Assembly (NCBI GenBank): GCA_051362555.1
Contig: CM120640.1
Coordinates: forward strand, 45,486,788 to 45,550,787
Source: Lingula anatina
Lineage: Eukaryota; Animalia; Brachiopoda
Reading direction: 5' to 3'
DNA length: 64,000 nt
Below the pieces are notes generated by a model. That model searched no databases, had not been told where the DNA came from, and was given only the letters and a program-made list of their open reading frames with translations. This document shows positions 38,101-51,900 of this stretch, piece by piece (the first letter of the stretch is position 1; each line of letters starts with the position of its first letter). The position numbers and the translations under genes were made by a program.

Positions 38101-40390
38101 TTTAAGTTATTGAATACGTAGGCCTATTTCAACATTCATGCTTTCTGTGAATTACAGATATCGACAAGGCATTGAAGCTCACCTTCAAGACTGGTGGAGA
38201 TCACGTTCTTCACTGCCAGTCTTTAAATAGTGATGCCACAGGGCTCAAATGGTACAAGGTTGGCACGGGATCGGAGACACTGATGACAGAAAAAGCAGCA
38301 TTAGAGTTTCCAAGTGTCACCACTGGCGACGCTGGCTGTTACAGGTGTCGGGACAGTAATGACAACAATGAAGTGATGTCCCAGTTTTGTCTCAGCGTTA
38401 ACGACACCATGGTGTTTGCTTCTGGGACAGTGACATCTAGCCCACCGACAACAGCGACTCCAGGTGGACTATCCAACATGGAGATTGGTTTCCTAGTGGT
38501 TGGTATTGTCGTCGGTGTTATACTTATTATCCTGATTATTGTGCTCATCATATGGTTGTGCCCGTGTTGCCGGCGGGTAAAAGAAGGTGAGTAGTAATTC
38601 GCAACAAAATAATTCAAATAACGCTGTTAATATTTCGTTGTTTCAAATGAGATTCATGAAATATGACATTCCATGATATGGAAAATAACTGCCGCTTTTC
38701 ATGTGACATGCAATACAATTTACCGTATATATCACCAGATTTGTGTTTTGATCTAATATATATGGAAATTCCCGAAATACCAAGGGCTGGATGGTGGTAA
38801 TAATTGTACGAGTACACTTTTCCACGTACGTTCTCCGTGGTAACTGCCAGCGTAGTGTCCGTTTTCCGATAATGTATATGAGGGTAATCATAATAACTGA
38901 CCAGTGGCTGCTCGTTTTTTAAAAATGTTAGTTGACTGTTCGTGCAAGTGGTCACTCATCTGCAAAAGATATATGTATGTGCGGGGCTCAATTGTTTGCT
39001 GTTTCTTTGTTTAATTATTGCGATGTACAGATATTACCGGTAGTGCTCTACGAGACGAGGTTTGGTTGCTCTTTCAGCTATTTTAAACTTTCTCAGATGG
39101 TTATTTTAACTTCATAGCCATATCTCACCATAGTTAGTTTCCGTGAGCTTTAAATCTGTATCATCATATTCTGACATAAAAAGCCAAAGCAGGCACGAGA
39201 TTCCATTGTGACAGGTATGGTAGTACGTCCTAGGGACAGAACTACTCTGTCACCCTACCCTCTACCACTGCCACAGATTGATTTTTCACTTGATATTAAC
39301 AGATAATGTCTCTCACTAAATATGGCCAATCTTCTAACTGTGGCTGGTGGAAAATGTGCCTATAATATCTGCCGACCTGATAGAGGGTACTCTGACCCCA
39401 GGTGCGCTAGTAGTCTGTTACAAAATATTTGTATCGCTCTGCCTCATACTTAAATTTTGTATGCTATTTTAGAAGCCCCTGCCATCAGAGGGTACCGGGG
39501 TCCTGTGTGATAAGTACAGGCTATGGTTGGTCAAAAACAACATACTTTTGTGAGGATACATTTTACGACACATAGCACGATTGATTTCTCTTGAATTTTT
39601 ACTGTGCCACAAAGCATGAAACACGGTGTGATAAGTTGTTCAATCCGATATTTTCAGAAATGCGACCTGCAGGCTCCAGTCCTACCGTCAAGCCTTACAC
39701 AGACATAGGGTAAGTTGTATAAATTGACCGCATCATTTCTGCTGAGACAAATAACGTTTCAGTGCTTACTATTAATTTCAAAAATAAGTTTTTGTTCACT
39801 GGACTAGTATAGGGCCTACATTTTGAACAGAATATTTAGTCTTTACGTTGAATTTTATTGAAAGAAGTGGTCGTCATCTACAATTACATGTATTGAATTT
39901 AAAGTTACATTTTGTGGCAAAAATTTGACTTCAAATGCATCTTTCAATATTCAAGGGCGATTGAACATGAAGTTGGAGGAGGAAGAAAGGCCAAGTATGA
40001 TCTGAAAAATGAAGATCAGAAGAAGAAGCACAAGTCAGTATAGACTCGCTTTTGATAAAATACAAATGTAAACCAGTGCGTTAGTTCTGCAATATAATGT
40101 GTCATTTGTGTCATCAGTTTCTTTGTGAATACACTTAACGCAGCTGACACGTTTTCACAATTTGATTCTTTTTTTCCAGAAAAAAGAAAGAAGTGCTAAA
40201 AATGTCAGATTTACAGAACTTCGTTAAAATCGCCGCATTAATGAACGGGGGCAAGGATAAGAAAAAACACCGTAGCAGTAAACATAAATCAAAAGACAAA
40301 GACCTGGAATTTGACGACATTGGTAACCTTCATAAGAAGGAAAAGAAGGAAAAGAAAAAAGACAAAAAAGAAAGGAAAAAGCGGTCTTGA
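32148..40390 (+). CDS. Uncharacterised type I transmembrane mucin: SP - 3x beta-rich domain with Thr/Pro stalks - SEA - Ig - TM - Lys-rich tail, ~1179 aa
   Basis: 20 exons with chained phases: 32148-32205 (signal MQCHSPFIVLLGVFSIVTTG), 32567-32605, 33192-33430, 33611-33836, 34017-34142, 34284-34522, 34711-34936, 35118-35417, 35560-35798, 35988-36213, 36396-36758, 36990-37163, 37577-37750, 37935-37991, 38158-38586, 39184-39214, 39473-39525, 39658-39709, 39956-40033, 40180-40390 (3540 nt). SEA motif LDVQPGSIVVVFDL; Ig motif LHC...KWYK...DAGCYRC; TM IGFLVVGIVVGVILIILIIVLIIWL followed by CPCCRR. The four small cytoplasmic exons are the least certain. Confidence 0.82.
32874..33050 (+). pseudogene. 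Decayed Thr-rich pseudo-exon in intron 2 of the mucin gene
   Basis: Its 3' end (TITAAISTPDMDNVVTN plus gtatgt donor) matches the ends of exons 34017-34142 and 35118-35417. The same frame has TAG at 32981-32983, and I found no phase-1 acceptor that rescues it. Confidence 0.6.
32995..36240 (+). repeat. Intragenic tandem triplication (~1.1-1.3 kb unit including introns)
   Basis: Three near-identical units of Thr-exon end, intron, 239-nt exon, intron and 226-nt exon. The domain exons start at 33192, 34284 and 35560. Unit length differs mainly by Thr-exon size. Confidence 0.95.
36430..36720 (+). repeat. Coding VNTR, 48-bp unit (TPTTTTTPTTTTTTTS) x ~5-6
   Basis: Unit ACCCCAACCACCACAACCACGCCAACCACTACTACTACTACCACTTCC repeated in tandem inside exon 36396-36758. 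Confidence 0.9.
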
Positions 40391-40822
40391 ATGTGTAACC
40401 ATTCAGATATTTAATGAAATCATCCTGAAGCCATCATTCCTTACCGATTGAATATCCACCGGTGCCAAAATTGAAAGCTGGATGTGTCCTTTTGTGTTAA
40501 GGTGACATTTAAAATAAGGTATAGAGATAAACCTCTAAAAACTATAGGAGGTATGCGGATTACGTGTTGTCACACCTGTGTGCTACCTCCTCAAAACAAG
40601 CATTGCACTGTGAACGCACAAAACTCTTTGCGTATATCGCAAACAAATGTCCCTGTGAACAGTTATTAGAAATCCCCTTCCTTTCAATTTCCGTCCATAA
40701 TTGCAATTGTTTTTGTGATATATTTATACGACTCGAAACTTTATGCTTGATTTGCTCAAATGGAACAACTCTCCATCACTCGATCGTTAAAAAAGAGGAA
40801 AATGTTCTTCCTCTCTAACGTC

Positions 40823-40824
<2 letters not shown>

Positions 40825-40859
<35 letters not shown>
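40825..40859. repeat. (TTA)n microsatellite
   Basis: About 11 TTA units. Confidence 0.9.
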
Positions 40860-42924
40860 GTCTGCAACGTGAGCAAACTCTTTCATCCCTGTCATTTTTT
40901 TACGTTTGATAAAATTAAAACCTTTACACTCAGTGCTACTCGTATACCTTAAGAATACTCATTTATGGGCCTTTTTGTGATATATCATTTTTATTTTGAC
41001 TAAGGATTGTATATAAGAGTGCTGTCCACTAATTTTATTTACAACTTTATTGTAATATTCATACTCCATGTTTTTATAAGAATGTGTATCAGATTTTAGT
41101 ATATTAACAAAAAAGATAGTACAGCTTATTAACCCGTTCCTCTTTAAACATCAGAAAATTAATATGAGTGAACATTTTCATCGCCTGGTTTCCATTTATC
41201 TACCTGTATTATAAATACTGGTGTCTGTATAAGGTATATATCTATACATTAATATAACAATTATACTTTATATTGTTTTAATCATAATGGTTTGTCTTTA
41301 ACCTTTTCAAAATGTATTAAAACGTTTTACATTCCCTGGGCTCACCACGGTTGATTAAATGGAGCGTCATTAATGTGACTAGTGTCTTACCAGAAACTGC
41401 AACATTTTCCAGGTATTGAATTATAGAGGTGTGTCGAGCACTTCGCATTTATTACGTCCCTGGCCAATGTGTTTGCTTGAGATGAGCAGAGGGAAAGGAA
41501 AAGCCAGATTGGCTGTTTAAAATATTTATTATGAAACTGAATAAGATGTTAAAACATATACGAGTACAGTACAACACGATTTACCCAATAAGTAAATAGA
41601 GAAAGTGAAATCCATAATCCATACAGGAAGATGGAACATGTATAGGCCCTAAACATACAATCAGAACTTGTGTGTCTTATACTAGAGAACGTTGTATTCA
41701 TCACCCATTCAGCTATCAGACGTTTAATGGTGTGTATAGACCATAATATTTTGGATCTAATTGTTCATATGTGTTTTCAGTTATTTGTACAATAAAAGCT
41801 ACAGGGCCCTTGCTCGCTTTCAACAGTTGACTCGTGACAATGCATGTATCGGTGTGTCTATCAGGAGTGAAGAGTTTACAAATCATCAATGTTCGTTTAA
41901 ATCGAATAATTTAGTCAATAACATATAAAAACAAATTATGTAAAAATATGTCATGCAAATCAAAACATATACATGTACTTCCAAGAAATTATATTGAGCA
42001 TGTAACCGACCGTTTCTGAAGAATGGTTGTATACCCTTGATTACAGAAAGGGTTATTTCACTTGCACTTTTAATCCAATATATGGGCTGAAAATGCCTTA
42101 GCGCGTATGTTTTGGCCGCCTTTCCCTTCGTTTTAGTAGTATTAAGAAGACAATTGTGCATTAGCCCCCCTACCAATGATTAAGTTAATTGCGTTGTCTT
42201 TAGTAAGAATTGTCTTGGTAAAGAGATAACCGTATAAAACATTCTTATTTGATACAAGTTCCCAAGTGATTTGAACCTAGTTTGCTAAAAGAAATCTCAG
42301 AAAAAGGCCGTTAATACTTCGGGTGTAATAATTCAAATGGCCTATTAAACTCTTTGTATAGGGTTACACTAGCAATCCTCTTTAACACCTTTATAATGGA
42401 ATGTTTTCTATCGAAACAACTATTCGATTTACTGAAAATTGTAACAGCGTACATACACAGTATCAAAAGTCGATAAAGCAGTAGTCTAAATAAATGACAT
42501 AAAGACGACAAATAACGCCGATTTAACTGTTATAAGCACCCTACAGTTCACGATCGATAACGCGTACAAATACAAACATTTATTCAAGCTGCGTCTTTCC
42601 TTAGTGATGCAAGGTCAAAGTTTACGTTTATACCGCCATCTTGTTGCTAATGGCAGAAAGTACACGAGTCGTCAGTTGAGAAAGGAGACGATCAGTCGCT
42701 AAGGGTTCTCAGTGTTTTCATTGTGGAATTTTCGGTTTGAATCAGGATTTTACTTGGGAGTTATCAGATGAACAATACTAGGACCAGGGTATCCGTGTTC
42801 AAGTGCCCTAACTAATAATACACGCTTTGAAGAGAACAAACGATTGTCGATCTTCGATAATTGGATACGGTGGGGTTTAATCAATGTTATTTTGGTAGTA
42901 GTATCTCTATCTTAGAGAAGAAAA

Positions 42925-45900
42925 ATGGCTACTGCGATCGCCGAGATGCCGGCAGCACCGTACCCAGAGATAGATCAGTTTAAGCTGACGCCGAACACAA
43001 CCTATCAGCAACAGTATTGTGGGGAAAATATCTCCGGCATGGGTGCCATAGACTATGAAGGAAGAAAGCAGGCACTGAAAGGGAAGATTCGTGAGATGAT
43101 CCTACAGATAAGGCAGCCAAAGAAACCGTACAAGATGCACAGAGGCCCTTGGGAAGAGATGCCGGTTTCAGAAGAGGCAAGGAGAATACAGGTGGGGCTT
43201 GAGACGCGTCTGATATAGCTCACGTTTAACATTTAATGTAATACCAATGGCGACACTAAGCCTTTGTGTTAGCATATACATGTACATGTATATACACCGG
43301 TAGCGGTAGAAACCAGCTTAGTGTTATAAGATATTAAAGTCTCTGCGACAGGATGATAGAATTATTATTCTTATACATTCTTCCATTCTGAAAAGAGTGA
43401 AAGTTTTGATACTGAGTCTGCCAGGCCTGTAGCCTACACAGTCTTAATTATCAGCTTTAAGCGTTAACGACAGAACCTATAGTTTGTTTAGAAAATGTCA
43501 AAACTATCAAGTTACTCAACTATGATTACCTATGCTGATTTGTCTGACATAGTTCTTTACTTGACAAAGCTGATTTAAACTTTCAAATTATTCTGTAATT
43601 TATCAGGATAAGAGGTGGGTCGGTTAATCCTCCGTTTGAAATTACACTCAGGCTTTCTGTGCGTTAAAATGGTTTGGCTTTAAGCTACAGCAATTCAAAG
43701 CATTCAATAAAAATTTTTTTGAATGGAAACAATTATTCCCAGATCTTTTAACAGACATTATATTAAAGTCCAAATAAATGATTAAAGGGATAATAACTCT
43801 CCGTATGAGATCTATATTTCACAATAAAAACATTGAGAACAACTCAAAGAAATATAATATATTCTGTTGTACAAGAAAAACGGCAGTTATAGCTATTATT
43901 CTGATATCTGAGCTTGTCTCTAGACCACGTTACCTCCATTGATGGCTATACTTCGTTTATCTCTTAAGAGATTTAACAAAAGACAAACTTTTTAGAAAAA
44001 AAACAGGGACTAACTTTTAATGTAAAAATGGATTCATTAACCATTGGTAAGTATGGGAAAATTGTTGTTTACTCCAGGAAAATTCATTTTTGGCCAAAAC
44101 GAAGAGTTATTATCCCTTTACATATATATGCGATCCGGAAATTCAGTATCAAGCAAAACCGCCACAACTCTTTATTTCTACATTTTCATGCAATGCATGT
44201 ATGAGCAAATGAAAAATATTACCAGGGAAAATGGAATTGTCAGTTTTAATTTTAAGGAAGAGACATAATTTTCAAAACGATCTTATGAAAGGCTGATGCC
44301 ATGTAGTTGCGCCAGGATCGATAACACACATAATATGACAGTCAATTACTTGTGTTGTACTTTATTGGCGTCATGGAAATGGCACCCTGCGTGCATTTTG
44401 TTTACCTTTCTTCACCTCGGCTCGTTCGTCAAATAGATTTTCATCCTTTTCACATTTCATGTGTGATTACAAGTCCACACCCATTATAGAAATAACAATG
44501 ACATAAACTGTCACCAAACTGAACTAGACTGGGTGACAATGTAGACTGCCATTTAACACAGGGCTTGCACAAAGACGGTGAATAAATAAAAAATGTTAAC
44601 CAAATATGTTATTGCTAATTTGGTGCGCTGCAATTGTGTATGTGTTTTTGTCAACAGAAGAATAGTCAACAGGTCCACCTAAAAGACTGAATTGTGACGT
44701 TCTTTATGGTGTTTTTGAATGATGTTTATTTCACTGGGAAGATATATTTTTAATTAATACAAATATTTGAGAAAACTTAGAACTTTGGTGAGTTATTAGA
44801 TTTCCTAAATTTCAAAATTGAGTATATGTTCTTATTTAAGAATCAGAGGGAACATGGATGTAAACAAAATATTAAAAAGCTATTCTTTACAGAAAATACG
44901 ACTTAATGAAGTTTTACTTTTGCGTGTATGATGTCCTTAGGTCCAAACGTTTATTTTGTTAGACTGGTTTTCATTGAAATTAATTTTTGTCCCCGGTCAA
45001 AGGGTAAGACTAACTCAGAAAACTTACCTAACGGAAGAACAGGCCTATAATAATAAAAAAATGTATAAATTTTGGACAGGTGTTTTAATCCTGAGAGTAC
45101 AGAAAAACATCTTAAATAGAAAATGAAATATACTGGTATAATTAAGGCACTGGAATAATGTTAGTAAAACTGAACCATACCACACTGAACGTAACGATCG
45201 ACATGAGAATGTGCCAGTGTTATCGTTATATATGCCTTAATGTTATAAGATGTATTTTAGGGTGAAAGAGAGGCACAAGGACAAACAGGGTTAACAGATT
45301 CTAAGGACATCAGGGAAGTCGACAAAAGAAGTAAGGATGCAATGATAAAGAAAGCTGAAGACCAAGTGCGTCTAGCAGTCAAGCAATATATGGACAGCAT
45401 CAACTATAAACAGCAAAAAGACAGCGCTAAAAACATGGGCAAGAAGACGCCAACCCAAGGGGGAAAGGATAATACGGTGCAAGGACGCACTGATTTAATG
45501 ATCACAAGTACTGCAATGAAACCACAGCCCAAACCAGGTAAGAAATGAAACGGTCCGACGCTCTTGTGATTGCGCCGGCTTATCTAACGCATTCGTGACA
45601 GCAAACCTCACACACTACCATTATGCTTATTGACTCGACATTCTCATTGTATTTTTTTATTCATTTCTTATTTTGGATACCAATTTCATATCACTGATAT
45701 TAAAAAAAAAAAGAAACACAACACACACACACACACTGCATAGTCGTTGATATAAGGATTTCATGTTTTATTAATCTTTTCTCTGACTGTCTTTCTGTCT
45801 CCTTTAAAAATCCACCTGTACTTACCTGTAAACCATATTTAAACCAATAGCTAGGAAAGAATATTGATTAATACAATTTTGCTCGATTTTTTAATAATAA

Positions 45901-48900
45901 TTATATTGTGTTAAGAGTTGACAAAGGCACAGATTATTATTCAAAGCATGCAATAGCCCCCCTCAAAAAAAAAAAAAAAAAAAATAATAATAATAATAGT
46001 TACCCCGCCCCAAAGAAAGATGGCCCCGTTACCCGCATCTACGCTTAATTAACTACATTATAGCAAGCAATAAACTCTAAAACAGCTTTTGTGATATCAG
46101 TCCCAGGCGTAAAGGGATGGATGAGGGACATCAAAAACCTTTTCATAGCAATAACAACTCATCAGTCTTATTATAATTATAATTGGAGAGGTGTAACTGA
46201 TATGGGATTTATCAATTAAAAATATCAAACTAATTAAACCTCTCATTCCCATGCTAACGAGATAAAGTGCGAAATCTCTATTAACAAAACCCCATATCAT
46301 AACAGCAAGAGTCAACTGTAATATGCCAATACCACACTTGGTTACAATAAAACGAACAACATTTCGATCGCTGACGCCAATGATCAATAAAGCTACGGGT
46401 TAAAAGTTAATACTCACCATACTTTTTTCGCGAAAAGGAGGCTAGAAATTACAAGTGGATTTATCTTGTTGACTTAGTCATAAAATTTTATTATGCGGTC
46501 AGAAAGAGAATTGTGACGCCCGTTCACATATGAACTTCAGCGATGACAATAAAATGTTATTCCTTATCGAACGACCGTGATGCTCCATCCGTGACTTAAT
46601 TAGGCTGTTGCTATGGGCGAAAAGCAAAGAACACATTGTTTATAATGAACCACGTGGAGTCAATACATTCATTGGGTATTATTGTAGTGATAGCGTACAG
46701 AGAAGACACCATATTTGTATAGAAAGAATATAAGAGCCTTCTAACAGATCAACGTTCGGCAATATGTATGAGAACTGTATGTCGCCGGACTTATTTGGGT
46801 TGGAAGGTAAGAAAGATGCGTCGTTTTCACTATGTTCCTTTGTCATTATGATTATCAGATTAATTTTTAAAATTTTGTTTGGGACTGAATTCGTTTTACT
46901 GTCTTGTCAAATCATTTTGTTTTAACTGGTAATGTACAAAAATAAACAGTTAAAACTATCCAAAATCTTATCATTTCAAATGAAGTAAAGAAAACCGTGT
47001 TAAAATTAATGAAATGCGGTCTGTCGGGTCTATGTTCAACATATAATGGGTTTTGTGAATCAACATTTTGTTATCTATACCACAATGTCAGTTCGATTCA
47101 AGTTTTCGAATAAACATAATACCGCCTTAAAACAGGATGACACACTATACGTATATTCTTAAAATGTCTTCTATTATCCGTGAGATATTTTGATGTCAAT
47201 ATAAATTTTTACAGAGTCATCTTTATTTGTAATTGTCCATCTTCAAATATGGGTCTTTTTTCAAAGTTTTTTATGAAAATAGAAATATCAGCTACATGTA
47301 CGAATACAAAAACCCTAAATATTTTCTAAATTGCTGAATATCGTTATGGCAGGTTGGCAGATTTTCAGCCAGTCGTTTAATATTTGAAATTCACATAGTA
47401 CGATAAACCAACTTTTTTATGTTCTCAAAATAACGACAACAACGTTAAGGACGGCGTTTTTCACGAACAAGTTCATACGTTAGGTTCATGAAAGCTGAGT
47501 GGTCTGACAACTGTTAACAAGCACTGAATTAAACCTCAATCCTATGTTATATTATACAACACAATGACTCTTGGTTGTAAAGAGACCTCTTAGAGATGGC
47601 TACATACGAAGTGCGTGACGAGGAATAAGCAGAGTATTGTGCTTATAGCTGAGCAGTGGAAGATGTTCATTTGGTAAACAGAGGAAAGAGCACTCCTGCA
47701 GTTCTTAAGACGGGAGCCTATAAGAAAGGGCTTCAATGGCAGCTATAGTTTTCTATTGAATAAAACGAAGACATTTGCTGTTTTCATGTGTTGAACGCAC
47801 AACAGAACACATATTAGTGCTGTTGTGGCTGATGAAAACCTGTAATAGGTTTCTGAACCCATTACTAGACAGAACATCACATTTCAGCGCTAATGTCAGA
47901 GATTTGAGCAGAATGTACGGGAGAATATCGATAATATCTTTATCTGCAAGCATAAAAAAGATAAATATTTGAAATTTAAAAAAAGGTAGAAATGTCAAAG
48001 ACCGTCAGGTGAATATTAAGAGTCATCTGGTGCACATCACACTACCATACGTTAAAATAAACATATAAACAAGGGAGAAACACATGTTGTTGCCCTTGGC
48101 GTCTTTGATACGTCCCTCCAATAATCAGGGTATCGATTTTAACGCGTTGGGACAGTGTTCTTGATATCAATAATTCAGAAAAGGGTCAGTGTTAAGTAGG
48201 CCTGTTAATCAGCAGGTAATTTGATCATAAAATCCTTCGCTTTATTGACATACGTAATGTGTAGTTTCACTGGTAAACTGCCACAGGTTAAATTTTCTCT
48301 GTGACTGTCAGAAGTCTAACCTTTATGAGACAAACTATATACCAGCCGTGAAAATGATTGATAATTTATAAAGCATGGTCATTTTAGATATCGGACTCGC
48401 TCCTCCATCTTGCTACCTCCTCTCTCTCTCTCCCTCTCTCTCTCCTTGCACACACACACACACACACACCACACACACACACACACCACACACACACACA
48501 CGGACTTAACAATACGTTACCTCTGCATTATCATATTTGCGTTTATTTGTTCGATTTATGTTTCATCATTTTTGTTTAATTTGTTTGATTTTGTTCTTTT
48601 AATGTGCATTTTCGTTTTTGATTTCATTCTATTACAGCAATCCAGCATGCTGATATTGTCGATGCATACATGGGTAAACAAAGGAAGAAGTACGCATCGT
48701 GTCTAAAAAGAGCCCCATCACAGAGTAAGAAAATATTGTAGTAGAGTAGCCATAGAAACTACTAACCCATCTTATCTGACCATCTAAAACAGCGATGCCA
48801 AAGCAAATGTAAATGTGAATTACAAAATCAAAATGAATATTAATTTAAGTAGGGTGTGTTTTTATAATTCAACAACCGTCAACCCCCCTCCCATTGCCGA

Positions 48901-51900
48901 TTTTACTTGCTAGTTCATTCATTTCCAAATAACTACATAAATCACAATCGATAATGATTATATCATAAACGATAATAATATCACTGTTTGAAGATACATC
49001 ATTCAATCTTTGATGATGGAAATGGTTGAGAACAGAAATAAGCACATTCCATTGTGACGTACCAACTAACTTCAAAACGAAATAAACAACTTGAGCTGGA
49101 TAAACAATGACAATAACAAAGAGTAAACACATAAACAGAGTAAGTGAATGGAATAAAGCCAGGGGATGTTATGAAAATCGAAACAGAAAGGGACGGAAAG
49201 CCATTCCTTACTTGTGAAGAAGGTCTAGAAAGTAGAAAGATCACAACCCCCTGTTTTAAAAACATCCAAATTCACCTGTCACGCACCAGCGTAACCAGCG
49301 GTGTTAATTGAAATCTCATGACCTCATTCTGAAATGTTGACGATTCAATACCATCGATTGTATTTCGATAAATCACGCACATTTTGTGAATACCCCTTCT
49401 GCGATCAGTCCTACGTCAGTGGAGTGCGGTTCTAAACACTTGGAACAAAAACTCTTTTATGTTTGAAAAATTGAGCATGCAGCTTGCTTAAGCAAATTGG
49501 AGGTTGAACTATGCACTTAAGCATTCAATTTGGTAAATAGCAGCAAATATCGCAATTGTTAAGTAATAGAGTCTCCACGCGGTATGGGCCAGTTACGACG
49601 GGTATATATACTGCCGAAGTCGAACTTCAAGTCGATCTTGAAGCAGCAGATAATCACTCACGCTTTTCCGAAGAAATTCGACAAAGGTAAGAATTTTGCA
49701 TCGCACGGATACTAGCTAACCCTACTACGCTGTATTCAGGCCTACAAAGCACAACTTTCAGGTGCTCAGTGAACCCCGTTGCTAAGGACGCACGGATAGC
49801 CTTATTCAATATTTTCCTATGGCGGAGATCCTATTTCGCACGTCCGTGCTTTAATCAATGCGTTTTCCACTGTGTTTTATGTGTTTTGATTTACAAGTGA
49901 TGCAACAGACATGGTTATTGAAGACACTTCAAAATACCAATACGTTTGATTTCTAGCCAGTGTAGTGGCTTGCAGCCACCATTTCGTACGGTGTACTCAT
50001 GGATTCTTAGATTTTGCAATGACTCAAAATTATGCCTAGCCACTATAGAGAGTATATAAATAACATGTAAATTGAAAAAATTCTTAAATTTTAGTGCAGT
50101 TGCCAATTCTGCGACTGTTAATTGCTTTAAGGGGAGATTCAAACGTATTTCTTTAAGACCATGCGCTACTGTTATGCAACTTGGTTGCTACGACTCTTTT
50201 GTTGCGTCTGGGAATGCGACCCGCGAAAAGGAGTGGGCTCATTTTTGCATTTTAAGCAATTTTCTATAGGTCAATATTCTTAAACAAATCCCTCTTGTGA
50301 ACTAATTGGATGTTTCTTTGTGTTCAAAATAACAAGTAAATTTTCTTGAGAGTTTTTCCAGATTAGGTTTTTTTGAAAAGAACAGAAAATAGCTTTGAGT
50401 ATTTTTTTAAAGTAACTAGTTAAAAGTCACAACTATATATTCTCTGAAAGCTAGCCTATACCTATTGTAAAAAACACATTTTTTTCTTTTTCACAGGCAC
50501 TGCAGGCCTTGGCAGCGGTCCAGTCCGAACTCCCTCTCCAGACATCGATCTTGGAGATCTCGGAGGCGGTAGCGTATCCTCACCTCTCCCAGCAGAAGAC
50601 CACGGTTTTCCCTCGGACGTCACAGCGCCTTCGCCAGCATTAGCAGGTCCGCCCGCAGACACCGGCCGTCCTCTATCCAAATCCATACAGACCCCTCAGG
50701 AGACACACTGGTCAGTGTGGCAACAGCGCGGCACCCCTAAACCCTCCTCCACACCCGCTCCACCGGCCTCAGCGCGAGGTTTAACTCCCCGGCTCCGCAC
50801 ACCAGCAAGTAGAGGTGGTGTACCCGCCACACCCCGACCGGCTAGTCGTTCATTCTCACGGGCATCAGCTCACCCACCAGGACAAACCCCTACCCCTGTC
50901 ATACCCTATTGCACCCCACCACCCAAAGCATTAGGACCCACAGCTACCGAGGTTTTTGGCACTCCAGAACCTGGACCCAACTTCCCTCCTAATACACAAG
51001 AGGTAGGGATGGTGTAATCATGATTTCCCATTATCTCTGTATTTTCATTTTGTCTTTCTATGCGAGTAATTTTCTACCTGTCACAATTATTGCTAACAGA
51101 CATCCCTAGAATAATTTCGTTGAAATGCACATTGACATACCTTTTCAGCGTGTAATAAAGACAGGAAATGCAAGCAATTGCAAAAATCGCAGATAAAAAT
51201 GTGAAGTCATTTTTTGTATTCTTCTTCAGATTGACGAAAGAGCTCTTGGGCCAAAAGTTTTAACAAACGTTAATTTCCGATCATATCACGATAGTAAATA
51301 CAGAGGTAAGTTAAAATATTCCAAAACTGGTATTGTAGAATACATAGTTAAACCTTTAAAAAGAAACAAGTTTTCTTAGTGAAAATATTGGATTTCAAGT
51401 ACTTTTAACTTTTATCCCGATATTGAATAACATTCGTTTATTTTGATCGTGCCTTACAGATGGGAAAAAAACGAAGTAAAATTAATCAAGTTGAATAGAC
51501 AATGTAAAATATAAGAAAACATATCTTGTTTCTCAGAATCACCGGTGCCAGTAGAAATGTTTCAACCACGCGACGGCATGGCTGCGTCTCACGCACGGTC
51601 GCTACGAGTTAGAACGACATCCCCCACAAGGCAGCTAGGACAGCTACCCAGACGCTCCACAAAGTCTGCTGCCCCCATGTACGAACACCCCATAAACCAA
51701 GAGAGGCGGATGATCAACAACACTTTCAAATCTCTACAACAGTAAGTATGAAAAAGAAAGACAGATTATATTCTTATTAAAATTACTACCATGGTCATAG
51801 TTAGCGGCGAAACTAAAATCAAAGATTTCGGCCAATGCAACTAATCCGTTCGTGTTTAACTATACATTAGATCAAGGTGCTTTTCACATTTTATATGATA

